NCBI RefSeq assembly: GCF_018977255.1
Contig: NW_024704742.1
Coordinates: forward strand, 7,690,001 to 7,754,000
Direction: 5' to 3'
Length of the DNA: 64,000 nt
Origin: Callorhinchus milii
Lineage: Eukaryota
A program made the translations under genes and the position numbers. A model generated the notes under the pieces. The model had not been told where the DNA came from and did no database searches. It was given only the letters and a program-made list of their open reading frames with translations. Each line of letters starts with the position of its first letter. Position 1 is the first letter of the stretch. Of this stretch, positions 1-14,062 are shown piece by piece.

Positions 1-197
1 AACTCCCTTCCTCACTCCCTTCACCTTGTCCCCTCTCTTCCTACTTTCAGGTCTCTGCTGAAGACCTTTCTTTTCGATCGCGCCTTTGTTCACTTTCCTC
101 CCCCTCCCCCTGGCTCGGCCCCGGGATCCGTTACTGTAAAGCGCTCTGAGACGCCGTCCGGCGTGGAGGGCGCTATATAAATCCAAGTTGTTGTTGT
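1..197 (+). mobile_element. L2 LINE 3' fragment
   Basis: C-rich ORF2 end, then gcgctctgagacg...gggcgctatataaatccaag(ttg)n tail like other L2 copies here. Confidence 0.75.
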
Positions 198-316
198 TTT
201 GTGTATTTCATCGGAAATTATATCCATGAAAACATTCAAACACAGATGCAAACATTTTCCCCAAAACGTATTTGCTATTTAATAGAGCCACAAACGTTTG
301 TATATTTCCATGTTCC

Positions 317-500
317 AAAAAAATAATAATAATAAATTGGTCACTTGAATGCACGACTGTTTGTGAGACTTTGCTGTGACCAATTGGCTGCTGCCAAATA
401 TATAGTTAATTTGCTTTACAGTATATTCTGTGAAGCGCATTGAGATGTCTCAAAGACGTGATAAGGCGCTATATCAAATGCAAGGATTATTATTATTATT
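317..500 (+). mobile_element. tRNA-Ala SINE, 3' half
   Basis: aattggtcact...gctgtg..caattggctgc...gcgctatatcaaatgcaagg(att)n, matching full copies elsewhere. Confidence 0.85.
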
Positions 501-1457
501 TTACCCCATGTCATGTCAACTATGCATGGTCCAAAGACCACAAGAGGAAGGAGTTGCTTTCTAAGTGTGATGTGTAATTTAGAAATGCAAAAGTGAAGAA
601 GGCATCAGAGGGTTCTTTAACAATAGTAGGGAGAATAATATCATGGTGTGTCTTGAGCCTTCTCAAGGGAGACTTCCGTATCTTTAAGAGAATCCTGTAA
701 TAAGTCAGCATTTGTGTTTTCTGCAAAGTCATAGATAGACCAGTGGTTTGATAAGACAGCTGATCATGTTGCTTAATCTGTGAGCAACCAATTCACTGAA
801 GCTGTGCACGATTAATAATCGGACAGAATAAAATATACAACATCTCTTCACCTTTGCCTAAACCTTATATTATTGATGGTCACAATGCTTTGCTAATTTT
901 CTGCAAGCTCTGCTCTCGCTGCTGCGAGTAGAGCCCATGTCTGACAGCTAATCGATAAGTTCTTGAGCTTTCCAGTCACCCTGCTTCACAGCCATCTGTA
1001 AAGCAGACTATTTGCAGCACATGTTAAAGCCGTTGCCAAGCAAACTCCTGTAGGCTTGATGAGAATTTTAGTGCTTCATAATGCATGCACAGCTAAACTG
1101 CACATATTTGTGGAAGTATACCGGGTTAACGATTCTCTACTGCCAATAATTTTGCCCTCACTCATAGTTTAGGGTTCCGTAAATCCTCCCAATCAGTTCT
1201 CTCCGACAAGGTCATCGCCACTCATGATTTAAGTCAAAAATATTCAAAACAAAGTTAACAGAAGCAGATTAAATAACGTAAAGGTTATTCTCACTTCCTT
1301 TTAAGCTGCTACAATTTTTGTGTGTCATTTTCTTGAGGAATGACACACAACGAGCAAGGGGTTCCTGTATTCACTTTTACCATTTACTCACTCTTTAGAA
1401 GAAACACAAACTTATACTGCCCGTAGATCCAAATGCTCACCTGGAACGAAAATGCTA

Positions 1458-2056
1458 AATAATAAATCTTGCATTTGTTCCACTACCTTTCACGTCGCGA
1501 GGACATCTCAAAACGCTTCGCTACACTTTTAGTGTGTGTCTTGTGCGTATTTGCTGGCCAGGCGCAAGTGCCGATTTGCGCTCGGCAATGTTCCACGAAC
1601 AGCCATGAAGTGAATGACTAATTATATTTGGGGAACGTTGGCCAGGACAATTGGGACAATCTCTTTTCCTGAATAATAATAACGTTAATAATACTTGCAC
1701 TTGATATAGCGCCCTATCACATCGTTGAGACGTCTCAAAGCGCTTCACAGAATATATCGTATAGTGGGTTGACTGTATATTTTGTGGGCGAAACGCGGCA
1801 GCCAATTGGACCCAGTAGTGTCCCACAAACAGTCGTGGATTGAGTGAATCTTTTTTGAACTGTGGCATGGAATCTTTAACTTCCATCTGACAGGACCTCG
1901 GTTTAACATTTCATCCAAAGGACAGTGCCTCCAGCAAGGCAGTACATCCTCAGCATTACATTGGTGTCTGAACCTATACCAAACCAGTTCAAAGACCTGA
2001 CTTGGGGTTTTATCCCACAGCCTCTGACTGGATTAAAGTGGACCAGGCTGACACCT
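1458..2056 (-). mobile_element. Long DeuSINE-like element interrupted by an Ala-SINE 3' half (about 1672-1850)
   Basis: Reverse complement matches the element at 11210-11630 on both sides of the inserted SINE tail. Confidence 0.7.
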
Positions 2057-3128
2057 AAAAAACCATAAAACCATAGAATTTCACATTACAGAAGAAGATC
2101 ATTTGACCCAAATGTCATTTGTGCTGGTTCTTGGAAAGAATAATCCATTGAGTCCAATTTACCTACCTTTTCTGTACCATACCATATCATAAAAGTCCTA
2201 ACCATAAGACTACAGATAACCTAGTGTAATAAGTGGTAGCTATCTGATGTCTTGTGCAGGTTCTACAACATATTGATTATCTCTTTACATTTTCTTTTTC
2301 TCCAGCAGGTACAGAGATAGCTGTAAAGCGGTGTTCATTCTACATCTTCTACAAGAATATAACCATTTGACATTTGCATACTTCTCTTCCTTCTTATTCA
2401 ATGTTTCCTGTCAAGTCTTATTTATGTACGTCAAAGAACTATGTGATTAATTGTCAAAAGTGCTTTGGAGTTGGTGTTATGAACGTCACCATACTCACCA
2501 TCAACCTCTTGCGGAAACTATTTTTCAGGTGAAATGTATTGTGACGTAAAACATTGACTTTAAAAGCAAAGTTGTTGCTTCTGAAATGATCTACATCACT
2601 GTTAGCATGAATGATAGGTAGGGTAATTACTAACAAACAGGATTTTACTGTGTAAAGAGAAATGTATTGCTCAGATGTGTTCTAAAGGTGAATGCAGCTC
2701 ATATTTTGTTGGTAAATCTAACATCAAACAGATCTTTCAATTATGCAGTTGAGCCAACTTCCTCGGTGTAAGCGTGTGTACAAAGAACAGAGAGATGACA
2801 TAAGCACTGTGAAATCGTACTGAGCAGGAGTCTCCTCTTCAAATCAGAGTGTGGTCTTGCAACTACAATTAACCTTCTACCAACTGTGACACAAGATACA
2901 TGATGATTTGCGTCACAACTTCAGACGGTCTGCTGTCAATGGAGAACATTTGTTTGATCTATTTTGCATGAACCTGAAAGGTAATCTCATTCCAAGCAGT
3001 TTTAAGGATTCTTCCAAGATTCCTAGGGGGGTAAAGCAAACTGTGTATAGACAGAAGGCAGCAATCGAACTTTGTCATATGAATTGCAGCAATTATTTGG
3101 AGACATTTATCTGAAAATCTGGAATCAC

Positions 3129-3402
3129 TATAATAATAATAATAATAATCCTTGCATTTGATACAGCGCTTTTCACGTCTTCTGGACGTCTCAAAGCGCT
3201 TCACAGAATAGACTGTAAAGTGAATTGATTGTATATTTGTGGGCAAAATGCGGCAGCCAATTGCGTACAGCAGTGTCCCACAAAGAGTCGTGGATTGAAA
3301 TTACCAATTTATTAATTTGTTTTGGGGGGGGTTATTATCAGGCGTGTGAAATAAGGAAACTTGCCCAAGGTTTCGCCCTGCCAGGAATTGAACCCAGGTC
3401 TC
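3129..3402 (-). mobile_element. tRNA-Ala SINE, internally deleted type, 5'-truncated
   Basis: (taa)n tail, Deu-like core, ggaaacttgcccaagg and B-box remnant gaattgaaccc. Confidence 0.85.
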
Positions 3403-5472
3403 TGGAATCAATTTAAAGAGAGTAATTGTTTTTGAGAGTTTTGGACTACAAAATGCTTATATATGTTATTATAATAGATATAATTTATTTATCCAATATA
3501 GTTACTCTGTCTACTTATTTGCACCACCTGCCATTTCCTGCCAAAGAGAATGCTTTGCAAACTACAATAAATAGATAATAATCCTTGCATTTGATATAGC
3601 GCCTTATCACATCTTCGAGATGTCTCAAAGCGCTTCATAGAATATACTGTAAAGTGGAGTGACTCTGTATTTTGTGGGCAGCCAATTGCACACAGCAACA
3701 TCCCCAAAACAGTCATGGATTGAGTGACCTATTTTTTTTATTGGAGGAATCATTACCCCCGGAAAGTGATCTGGGGGCAAACAACTCTGCGTAACTGCTT
3801 TGTGGCAAAATGATTACTATCTTATGCTCCTATAAACTGAGTTTTAGATTATGTCTACTAAACTATCAAATCAGTTTAAAATATTGGGGAAAAATAATTC
3901 TCTAAAAATTATTTATGAACAAAATTCATTAATTTACCCAACCAACAGCAGTCTGAATTTCTGTGTGTCTCATCCTCTCTCCCACTGCAACTGCAAAATA
4001 TCTCAATTTCTGTTATTAAGAGCGCTCTATGTGCTCCAAGACACTTCCTCCTTAAAGAACGTGATATAAATGCAAGTTGTTGTCGTTAACATAGCAACTA
4101 TAAACTATTTTAAAAAGATTAAACATATCTGTGCACAATTGCCTGCTGCCAATACACAAAATACACAGTCACTACAATTTACAGTATATTCTATTAGGCT
4201 CTTTGAGACATCTCGAAGATGTGATAAGGCGCTATATCAAATGCAAGGATTAATATTATATTATTATATCTAATTTTGCCATTGTTTGATAAACGTACAG
4301 CAGATGACAAAATTAAAGTTGTTTAAAACAGATTTAAGATGAATTTCTATCATTTGTTTTAATTTTAAGACAATTTGTAAGCATGAATAACACGTTGTCA
4401 TCTAGAAAAAAAAACTCATCCCCACTGGAATCCAGCAAAAGATTCCAAATCATATTTAAAAAGAAACACATATGCATGTGCCTCAAGCCAAACCATAATA
4501 CTTTTAATGATGGAGCGATAGCCTCAAATGAAAACATATGATACAGTTATGAGAGTACATTAACATCAATTCAAGAACTCTTGACTAGATTAAGCAGTAT
4601 TAGATTTCAAAAACAACCATCTTGCATCATTAAATTAGTGGTAATGTATTCTGGCAAGAATCGCACATTAATGAATGCTTGATCATACTTTATGGAGCTT
4701 TTAGGGTTTTTTTCCCCCGTTTCCAATCCTGTTGATCACAGAGTAGTTCACGGTTTAGTAACTCCAATGCAATGTGCATGTTGCCTTAATCTAATGTGCT
4801 GCTCACATTAACAAAGTGCACCTTCTTTCAATCTTTTACCATTTTCCTTCAAGATATTTATTTAGATAGTGGAGTGCCTCAGTGATACCACGACAAACGT
4901 TGATGTTTATAAACCCAGACACTAGGAAGATAAGGCTGTAAAGAGGTCTGTTCCTGAGCATCGATAAAGACCTTTTGTGAAAACTGCCTGACTATTATGC
5001 AAATTCCGTAGAAGATCATAATCACAGTTCAGAATTCTTTTAAATTTCAACTTAGCTTTTGAGAACACAGAACTGTACTTAAATCTTACAGGAAAACTAA
5101 ATCGCACCAATGCCCCGGAGCAGTTAAACAAACTCAGTTGCAAATACAGACAATGCAGCAATGCATCCTTTCAACTCTCACATATATTTCTATTCACTTC
5201 ATGCCTGTTTGTGGTTATACAACCACATAACATTGCTGGTGCACAATTAGACTGTCGTGTTTGCCTACAAGGACACGATCACTGCACTTCACGGTAAAAT
5301 CCCGTGAAGTGATTTCAACCGTGGATAAGGCGCTGTGTTAAATGCAAGGATTTATAATTCTTCAGTATGAGAATATTTACGTTGTCAACAGTAAAGGAAT
5401 TAAAAGGATTTTAACCGAGACAGTTGATTCATGGAAGACTGGAAAAAACAATTTTGCATCTGTTTTGGTTTG

Positions 5473-6130
5473 CAACAACAACAACAACTTACACTTACAC
5501 AGCATCCTCCACGCAGGGCAGCGACTCAGAGCGCTTAACAGTGGCGGAGCCTGACTCCGAGCCGGGAGGGGAGGTGGCCTTAAGTGGAAGAGGACATTTT
5601 TCAGGTGGGACTTAAAAGAGGGGAGAGAGGGGGCAAGGCGGAGGGATTGAGGGAGAGTGTTCCAGAGTTTCGGGGCATAGTGGCTGAAAGCGCGACCTCC
5701 AATGGTGGTGGAGTCCTGTAGCTCAGTGGTTAGAGCACTCGCTTTGCAAGCGAGAGACCTGAGGTCAATTCCAGGCAGAGGGCGAAACCTTGGGCAAGTT
5801 TCCTTATTCCACACAGAGCCTAATAATAATCCCTCCAAAAACCAAAACAATAATAAATTGGTCATTTTCAATCTACGACTGTTTGTGGGACATTGCTGTG
5901 CGCAATTGGCTGCCGCGTTCGCCCACAAATATACAGTCAATTCACTTTACAGTGTGTTCTGTGAAGCGCTTTGGGACGTCCTCCCGACATGAAAAGCGCT
6001 ATATCAAATGCAAGGATTATTATTATTATTATTATTAAGTGTGGTGGATTGGGGAGTGAGGAGGTCGGAGAGGGCGGGAGGTGCTGGGGAGTGAAGGGAT
6101 TTGAACACGAGAGTGAGGATCTTGAAGTCG
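5473..6130 (-). mobile_element. L2 LINE 3' fragment split by a SINE
   Basis: ORF 5377-5940 contains TIGGRAFSHYAPKLWNTLPQSLRLAPSLPSFKSHLK (L2 ORF2 C-terminus); (caa)n tail at 5473; L2 sequence resumes after 6037. Confidence 0.85.
5708..6037 (+). mobile_element. Young tRNA-Ala SINE, full length
   Basis: gtggagtcctgtagctcagtggttagagc A-box head, anticodon arm ctcgc-tttgcaa-gcgag, Deu-like core, L2-type tail, (tta)n; near-identical to copies at 21606 and 52703. Confidence 0.92.
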
Positions 6131-6625
6131 ATTTATAAAACTTAAAAGTCTGGATAATTTCTCCTGATATTTTAGGAAAAGCAAATCACAGTGATGGAAA
6201 CTCTGCTCAAACCGGTCTGCTTAAAAAGGAACAGTACCCAATGCCCTTGGTTTTCCACCACTTACTGTAACACACTTTGATATCACCTCAGTTTGTCACA
6301 ATAATAATAATAATATTCCTTGCATTTGATATAGCGCCTTATCACGTCTTCGAGACGTCTCAAAGCGCTTCACAGAATAAACTGTAAAGTGAACTGACTG
6401 TATATTTTGTGGGTGAAAATGACAATCATCTGGATTGTGCGCCATTCTGACAAACTGCGGTGATATCAAAAAATAGTAAGTGGTTTATTTTACACTAATG
6501 GACAAAGTCTGCCTTGTACAATATTGTACAATTACTTCACAGCTCTGTCCCTGGCAGGAGCCCCTAACTTTGATGGTAGCACTGTAGAGTAAATGAGGCA
6601 GTGATTCACTTGCAGAGGTAAGTTT

Positions 6626-6862
6626 ACAACAACAACCACAACAACGACTTGCATTTATATAGTACCCCTCACGCAGGGTAGTGTCCCAGAATGCTTGGCA
6701 GAGGCGGAGCACGACTCCAAGACGGGGGGGCGGGAGGGGGTGGGTGACCGTAGACACGGTCGAATAGGAATGTCTTCAGGCGCGACCTGAAGATGGGGAA
6801 GGAAGGGGCAAGGCGGAGGGATAGAGGAAGAGTGTTCCAGAGTTTCGAAGCGTAGAGGCTAG
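6626..6862 (-). mobile_element. L2 LINE 3' fragment
   Basis: caacaac..acttgcatttatatag tail plus ggggcaaggcggaggga..agtgttccagagtttcg, as at 5473-5700. Confidence 0.8.
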
Positions 6863-7732
6863 CAGTTTAATCTACCGGACGTGAAGAGTTCAGTATCAAA
6901 TGTGAGGATAATTGTTATCTTTTGCTCAGACTCTTAACACTCGATATAAAGAGGGGATTCCACAGCATCAGGAACTGATGATATTACAGCACAGCTTCCG
7001 TTGGCACAAGTCTCTATACAAAGTTTAGCACCAGACAACTGACAGCACCAGTTTTGTTCTCTTTGTAAGTATTTGGTTTGTACTAATTGCAAGCTGATTA
7101 CACAGTTTTGGGGCCTGTTGTGTTCTAGTTTGTAGTGTGAAAGGGTCATATGTTTTGCTCATGTCTAGTATACATTTTCATTTGCACGCCTTTTTTATGT
7201 CTGAATGCAGAGATTTCTCATCAATTATGGGATTATTAATCATAGTCCAGGAGTCAATTGTCCTTCCTTCACTTCTTCGAAGAAGGAAACAAAGACAGTG
7301 ATTTGTCATTATAATCTAACTTTATCCAGCTCCGCTATAGCGACACGGTGTTATTAACACGTGCTCATCATCCTTCACTGAACGGCAATCAAACAATCCT
7401 CTGTAACTCGATCTGTCCTAAAATAGATTCATGTGGGAATAATGTTGATAAGATAAGTGAGTGATACAGAAGATCCTCATTGAGAATTGATGAATTATTG
7501 AATTACAAGTGATGTCAGGATACAGGCTCTCACTTACAAGTGGTCTTTCTCGGCAAGTGAAATACGACAGTGAGCTTAATACTGTGCCACTGCTTTCTAT
7601 GACGGATGATTGGGAGATGCAGCTGCTATTGCAAATGAATTTGTGCCAGGCTTCTTTGTTGCCAGATTGAATTCTTTTTTTGCAAACAACCACTCGATAC
7701 GGTTAAACTATCATTTCTATTTAAGTCCCCGT

Positions 7733-7778
7733 CTTTCTTTCTTTCTTTCTTTTTCTTTCTTCCTTCCTTCCTTCCTTC
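7733..7778. repeat. (TTTC)n/(TTCC)n simple repeat
   Basis: Direct reading. Confidence 0.85.
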
Positions 7779-7884
7779 CATTAAAGTTGTCCATGAAATA
7801 TTGGGCTGCTTGAACGATTCACTACAGCTGCATCTTCGACTTTTCCCAACAACTCCATCTTCTCACTCAGTTGTCACCAAGTTA

Positions 7885-8232
7885 CTATTCCAAAAGAGAA
7901 GGGATTTTCTCTCTCCCAGTGTCCTGACCAACAGTCCCCCAGGTAAAATTGGTCATTCACTTCATGGCTGTTTGTGGGGCATTGCCGTGTGGAAATCATA
8001 GAATCATACAGCACAGAAAGAGACCATTCGGCCCACCGAGTCTGTGCAGGTTCTTTGAAAGAGCTGTCCAAATTAATCCCACTCTCCACTCTCTTCCCAT
8101 AGCCCTGTAAACTTGTCCTCCCCAAATTGGCTGCCTACAAAATACACAGTCGCTACACTTTACAGTTAATCCTGCAAAGCTCTTTGAGATATCTTCCCAA
8201 TGTGAAAGGCAAGGATATTTTTTTATTATTAT
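7885..8232 (+). mobile_element. DeuSINE-like 3' portion with an inserted minus-strand CR1-type tail (7997-8123)
   Basis: Deu core gctgtgtg|aaattggctgcc is interrupted by catagaatcatacagcacagaaagagaccattcggcccac, with AAAT on both sides. Confidence 0.75.
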
Positions 8233-9815
8233 GATTCACACTCAACTTTTGAAGAATTGAATCATTGGACCATCTAATTAACAGAGTTCATTTAGGAGCG
8301 ACAATACATTTCAAAAGTCCTAATGTTTTTTCTTTAGTCTCCAATTTCCAACTTGCTGACTCTGTTGAAGTGATGTTCAAGTCTGAAAACATTCCATGCC
8401 ACTGTAAATAATCTTAATTTCTTGATGAGAATTACCACAACAGGTCTTCCTTCATAGGTAGAAAATACTCAATTTTCATTCCAACTTTCACTGCTGTCTA
8501 CTCTCATGACGTTTTACTTCCTGATGTTAACTTTAAAGAATTTCTCAATCGCTGAAACTAATGGAAAAAACATTCTGCATAAGTCTAGATTTACACTAAC
8601 TATGTAGCAATTTTGAGGATCCTGAATTTAGCAAAATTATTGACTTCAGTTTTAACTTTGAAGTCAGTTTTCTGCAGTTTTTTTTAGAAGAGCTTAACAG
8701 AAAACCATCTTCAAGATTAAAGTTGGGTAAGATCCTAGATAAGAAGGCATTCCTTGCATTTGTTGATTTATTCTAAAGCTATTTACTCTGCAAGTCATTT
8801 AAAGCCGTTTAAGACACAGATAATAAATGGTTATTTACATGTATAGTTGTCCAAGAGAGGAAAATAATCCTCTGTTTCAAGTCTCTATTCCATCAGAGTG
8901 TGTTGTTTGAGGAAAATGAACTCAGCTAGTTATGGTTCGCTACAGTCAAGGAATACAACAGTTCTAGCTTTGCAGCCAATTCATTACCTAAGACTATGAA
9001 TGATATTGAATAATCCACAGGTAATTTAGAAAAGCTCAGACACAATCACAAGATGTAAACCACATAATTCATCTCAGTGGACTTCAATTTTGACTGCTTT
9101 AGCAATGTAGGACACAATCTAAGTTCCGCAGTTTGAAAATACAGAAAATACAGAGCTGTTGAGGTAGTTACTTTCCACTCGGATGCTTTTCAGCCAACCT
9201 CAATAAAGAATCCTACCTTACTCTTAGATTTTAAAAGGCTGCTCCCAGTAAAACACACGCACCATGAAATCGGAAAATCAGATCACTTTATGGCCTGCCC
9301 CTGCTCCTTCTGTGAATCAGATTGGATTTTGCTACGCCTGACTGGTGAGGTTCATTTACGAAGCAAGCTGAGCCCAAAGCCTTGACCTCATTCAAAAACC
9401 AAGGACTAAGATGTCTCTCCAATGACAAGGTGGGAAAGGACATTGAAAATGCATTATAGAAAGGCTAATTGGTAATTAATCTCGGCCGTGACAGTGGGAG
9501 AATTTTAGGTAATTACAGAGTCGATAAAGGTCAAATCTGACATCAATTTATTACCAAATGTATTTGCGTTTTGAAAGTCATCAAAAAATTCAGTTCTATA
9601 ACTAAACTCTTAGTTAATTGGTAAAATCTGTTGAAAATGAAACCATTCTTTTTAAGGAAAACCTATCAGGCATCTTATTCTTTCTTCCTTTTTTGAAAAA
9701 TTATTTTTCACCCACAAAATATACAGCCAATTCACTACAGTAGTGCTTTGAGACTTCGCGTAGACGTGATAAGGCGCTATATCAAATGCAAGGATTATTA
9801 TTATTTTGATTTTAT

Positions 9816-9875
9816 CCCTGAACATCTGCCCTTGACTTTTTTTCCCTGAACATCTGCCCTTGATTTTTTTTCCCT
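9816..9875. repeat. 28-bp tandem duplication
   Basis: ccctgaacatctgcccttga followed by a T run starts at 9816 and 9844; a third partial ccct at 9872. Confidence 0.9.
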
Positions 9876-10014
9876 ACAACCAATGAAAACTGACTGTAAG
9901 CATAGGTATCACCAATTCCAGAATCGATAGTCGGTGCAGGACGAGGGAAGACAGGCGAATGCAAGCTTTGACATTATAAAATGTTGAGGAAATAGTTTGA
10001 GCAGGTAGAATGTA

Positions 10015-10760
10015 ACAACAAAATATTAACAACAGCTTGCATTTATATGGCATCCTTCAGGTAGGATAACGCCTCAGAATGCTGTGCAATGGCAGGGTTG
10101 GATCCCGAGCAAGGGAGAGAGGGAAAGGGGAGAAGACTATAAGCGTGGTCGAAGATAGATAAAGAGAGACCGAGGTGGATGGACTGAGTCAGGGAGTTCC
10201 AGAGGTTAGGGGTGTATAAGCTGGGAAGCACAGCCACTAACTCTGGTGAGGAGGGCTAGGGGGCTGTGCAGCAGGCAGTGTTAGCTGAGTGAAATAATAA
10301 TAATAATAATAATCCTTGCATTTGATATAGCGCTTTTCACGTCGGGAGGACGTCCCAAAGCGCTTCACAGAACACACTGTAAAGTGAATTGACTGTATAT
10401 TTGTGGGCGAACGCGGCAGCCAATTGCGCACAGCAATGTCCCACAAACAGTCGTAGATTGAAAATGACCAATTTATTATTGTTTTTGGTTTTGGAGGATT
10501 ATTATTAGACTCTATGTGGAGTAAGGAAACTTGCCCAAGATTTCGCCTGGAATTGAACTCAGGTCTCTCACTTGCAAAGCGAGTGCTCTAACCACTGAGC
10601 TACAGGACTCTACTAGAGTAGAGGGTAGAAATGGTTAGAGGAGTGAGGTACAATCAGATCAGAGGGTTAGGGAGGTGTCAGGGCATGAAGGGATTTGTAC
10701 GCGAGGCTGAGGATCTTGAAGTCTGGAGACAGGGAGACAGTCGGGTTTGGTGAGCCTGGT
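10015..10760 (-). mobile_element. Degraded L2 3' fragment split by a SINE
   Basis: Tail aacaacagcttgcatttatatgg, PNLWNSLTQS-like translation, and gaggatcttgaagtc beyond the SINE. Confidence 0.65.
10293..10613 (-). mobile_element. Young tRNA-Ala SINE
   Basis: Reverse complement of the 5708/21606 family, with a small deletion after the B box. Confidence 0.9.
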
Positions 10761-11209
10761 TAAAGCAAATAAAAGGTGAGAAAATCCGAAAACTTAAAAG
10801 GACGAATAGAGGTTAAAATGTTTCACTTTTATTTTGTGTTCTTTGCCTGCACTGTGTTTTAGTGGATCAGGGTTATCATTACAAAGACAACGCTTTCCAA
10901 TACTTTTGAGTAGCGTTATTATTGTAATATTGGTGTTTATTTCCTCTTCACTGAAAACTGTCAGAATTGATCAGTAAGGAGTTTTCATCATTCTGCTGTT
11001 AGACGATGAGTTAAATAATAAGCAGAGAAAATGCTACAGACTGAGCCAGGCTAACACCTGGTTCTTCGGTGAAACCTACACTGGGAAACGCATGTAGGGT
11101 TAAAGTTACCAACATTGGCAGTGGGGATACCCAGCATGGCAAGTAACTTTACGAACCGATGGAATTTAGCCCACGACTGTCTGAAAAGTAGACCATTAAA
11201 GATGAGCAA

Positions 11210-11630
11210 TGTGCGTCAGTCTGGCGAGGCGGTAGCACTCTCCCCTCGGGAGTCAGAAGGTTGTGGGTTCAAGCCTCACATCGGGGACTTGGAATCACAT
11301 TGTCTAAGACGACACTTCAATGCAGTCCTGTAGGTGTGTTGCATTGTTGGTAGTGCCGTCCTTTGGGTGAGATGTTAAACACAGGTCCCGTCGGCCTGCA
11401 CAGGTGGACGTTAAAGATCCCATGGCACTATTCAAAAAGAGAAGGGGGTTTCTCCTGGTGTCCTGGCCAACAAATCCCCCAAATAAAACATTGGTTACTC
11501 ACTCCGTGGCTATTTGTGGGACACTGCTGTGCAAAAAACTGCCTGTTTGCAACAGTATATCCTGTGTAACAGTTGATATGTCTCGATGACGCGATAAGGT
11601 GCTATATCAAATGCAAGCATTATTATTATT
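11210..11630 (+). mobile_element. Long tRNA-headed DeuSINE-like element (SacSINE1-like), near full length
   Basis: ggtagcactctc...gagtcagaaggttgtgggttcaagcc head; gatgttaaac..gtc.gcctg.caggtggacgttaaagatcccatggcactattc core; tgtgggacactgctgtgc; L2-type tail. Family name is from memory. Confidence 0.75.
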
Positions 11631-13740
11631 TAATTATCAGTTTCAACAAAAAACAACTTGCATTTGGATAGCACCTTTCACACAGAATAGCATCTCCGAG
11701 CACTGTTTTCCCCTTAAGTGGCATCACAAGACCACAACAGAAGTTCAGATGAAGGTGGTACTTTGGCCCATCTGATCTCATCCTTCCAGAATATCCACCC
11801 TACATCCTTCCTCATCACAGCATCAAACTATTTTTTAATTGAGTCAAGTGCCTCTGCTTCAAACACTCTTCCAAGAAAACCTGTTCCAGTCATTAATTAC
11901 ACTTGTCGGTAATTACCTGCGATGGGATAAGCTGCTGTAAAGTTTTTCCGTTACTTTTGATACTCACTGACCTTCCGGTAAGAAATAGCACAGATTTAGA
12001 TCATTACATTTTCTGAGACAGTCCTAAAATATCACACAATTCTCTGTGTAGCAAAAGGAAGATTAACATGAGGTTGAACGATCATTTGGGTTATACACTA
12101 ACAAACTGCAGAAAAACTTTAGTTTGGGCCTGCTGAACCAAAAGTTTACTGGATTGGGAAAATACTCAACGTGTTGAGTTATGGATCTATCCTCAACCAT
12201 CAACTCTGTATTTGCAGTAAATATTTTACTTCAAAAGGTTCCGGTTGTGTCTCATCCTTCTACCAGACCCATCAACATTTCTGTAATCTCCCCTCAAAGC
12301 AGTTTTGACAGCAATTTCACAGGCCGTTCATTCTCAACAAACAGTTGTTCTGTCTGCCTTCCAATATAATACCGTGTTAAATGGTATGATCTAAAACAGG
12401 AAGCAGCTTAAGCAGTTTCAGCAAATTCCATTGCAATTCACTTTCTAAGTGAAGCACAAATAATGGATACCAATTACTGTATGACTCTTACAACCAAATG
12501 CTTATCGTTTATATCCTATTGCCTCTGGGGAATGGGAATGGAGTCGATCGTTCCAGAAGGGGAGAGATTACCAGCAGATGCAAACTCGATTGGATGAATG
12601 TCCTCCTTCTGTGCAGTAAACTTTCTTCTATTATGGCATCTTTACCAGATCACGGGACGTGGATTGCCCTGCCAAGTAAAATGGTAAAGACAGAGTCCAT
12701 TGTGGGTTTCAAGAGGGAAGCAGACAGGTGGGGGACGTGAAGCAGGTCCGTAAGAGGAGGGAAGGATAGAGGCTTGAAGTAATATGGGGTTAGGGTGAGG
12801 CAGGGGGATTGTGTTCTGAGAGCCAGTGTACACTCGCTGGCTGAATTATCTCCTTCTATCCTGTAAATGTTTATGATTTGACATGAAATATGAAATATTG
12901 CCGCAAGTAGGCATTCTCGGGTCCCAAACTCCTGATTGTTCAGTGCCCTGGGACGTCTTTCTGACATGAAGGACACTATATAAGTGTCATTTGTTGTTGT
13001 TATTGTCGTTGTTCTATTCAGTGCAGTTCTAATGTGCTGTAAAAATAACTTGCCTTTTGTATAGGATAATAATAACAATAATATTAATAATAAAATCCTT
13101 GCATTTGATGCTTTCATTCAGTTCCTTTGCTGCTAAATTCATTTTGCAACGCATGCTACCCATATTTTTCTGCAAGTGCCACACATTGAATCCCATTCGA
13201 ACAACAACGACGACAATTTACAAGAGGGTGAAAAAATGGCTGAAAGCATTGCTTGAAAAGATAGCTGTTAGAATGCGCTTTGCAGAAGGGGAAGGGGCAA
13301 GGTGATAGGGACTCCAGTATGGCTTTCAGAGAGCAGAAGCAGAATGATTGAAAGCAAACCCAATGATGGTGGGGTGGGTTGGATGGGAGACATTACAATT
13401 ACCCTTAAGAGGAGGGAGCATTACAATTAAAAACAAAATGACTCTACAAACAATACGTTCTGCTTTTGTCAGTGTGAGTTTTATTTTTTGCCCTTAAGGC
13501 AGCAGTTCCTGAAGTTATCGTGCTCTCTATTGTAGGAACCTGGTTGTTAGTTAGATGTTACTCGATAAGAAGCTAATGTTTCTTATAGACTTTACCAATT
13601 TTCATTATCAGCAACAACAACTTTCATTTGTATAGCGCCCTTCACCTAGGGTAGCGACTCGGAGCTCTAAAAAGAGGCACATTTTATTATTCCACAAGTA
13701 TCAATGAGAATCTTACTGTTTCCATGCAATAAAATAACTT

Positions 13741-14062
13741 ATAATAATAATCCTTGCATTTGATATAGTGCCTTATCACATCTTCTAGACACCTCAAAGC
13801 GCTTCACAGAATATACTGTAAAGTGAATTGACTGTATATTTTGTGGGCGAAACGTGGCAGCCAATTGTGCACAGCAGCGTCCCACAAACAGTCACTTGAG
13901 CGACACTTTATTTTATTTATTTTGAAGGAATTGTTATCCCTGGAAAAGCGATCTGTCAATCGACTAACAACCAGGTTTCTACTTGCTGCTGGGTAAACAG
14001 AGGCATGTGGAGTAAGGAAACTTGCCCAAAGTTTTGCCCTGCCAGGAATCGAACCCAGGTCT
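13741..14062 (-). mobile_element. tRNA-Ala SINE, long (undeleted) type, 5'-truncated
   Basis: Retains the middle segment aatcgactaacaaccaggtttctacttgctgctgggtaaacagaggc. Confidence 0.85.

Noticed and set aside
5708..5790. tRNA-Ala genes at SINE heads (also 17460, 21606, 33170, 42137, 45517, 51000, 52703, 57486)
   Set aside because: A box, B box and anticodon arm are present, but each continues into SINE body and tail, and the stems are degenerate.
5790..6038. Recurrent short ORFs such as [29 protein letters not shown] and [12 protein letters not shown]
   Set aside because: Translations of SINE copies in varying frames, not a gene family.
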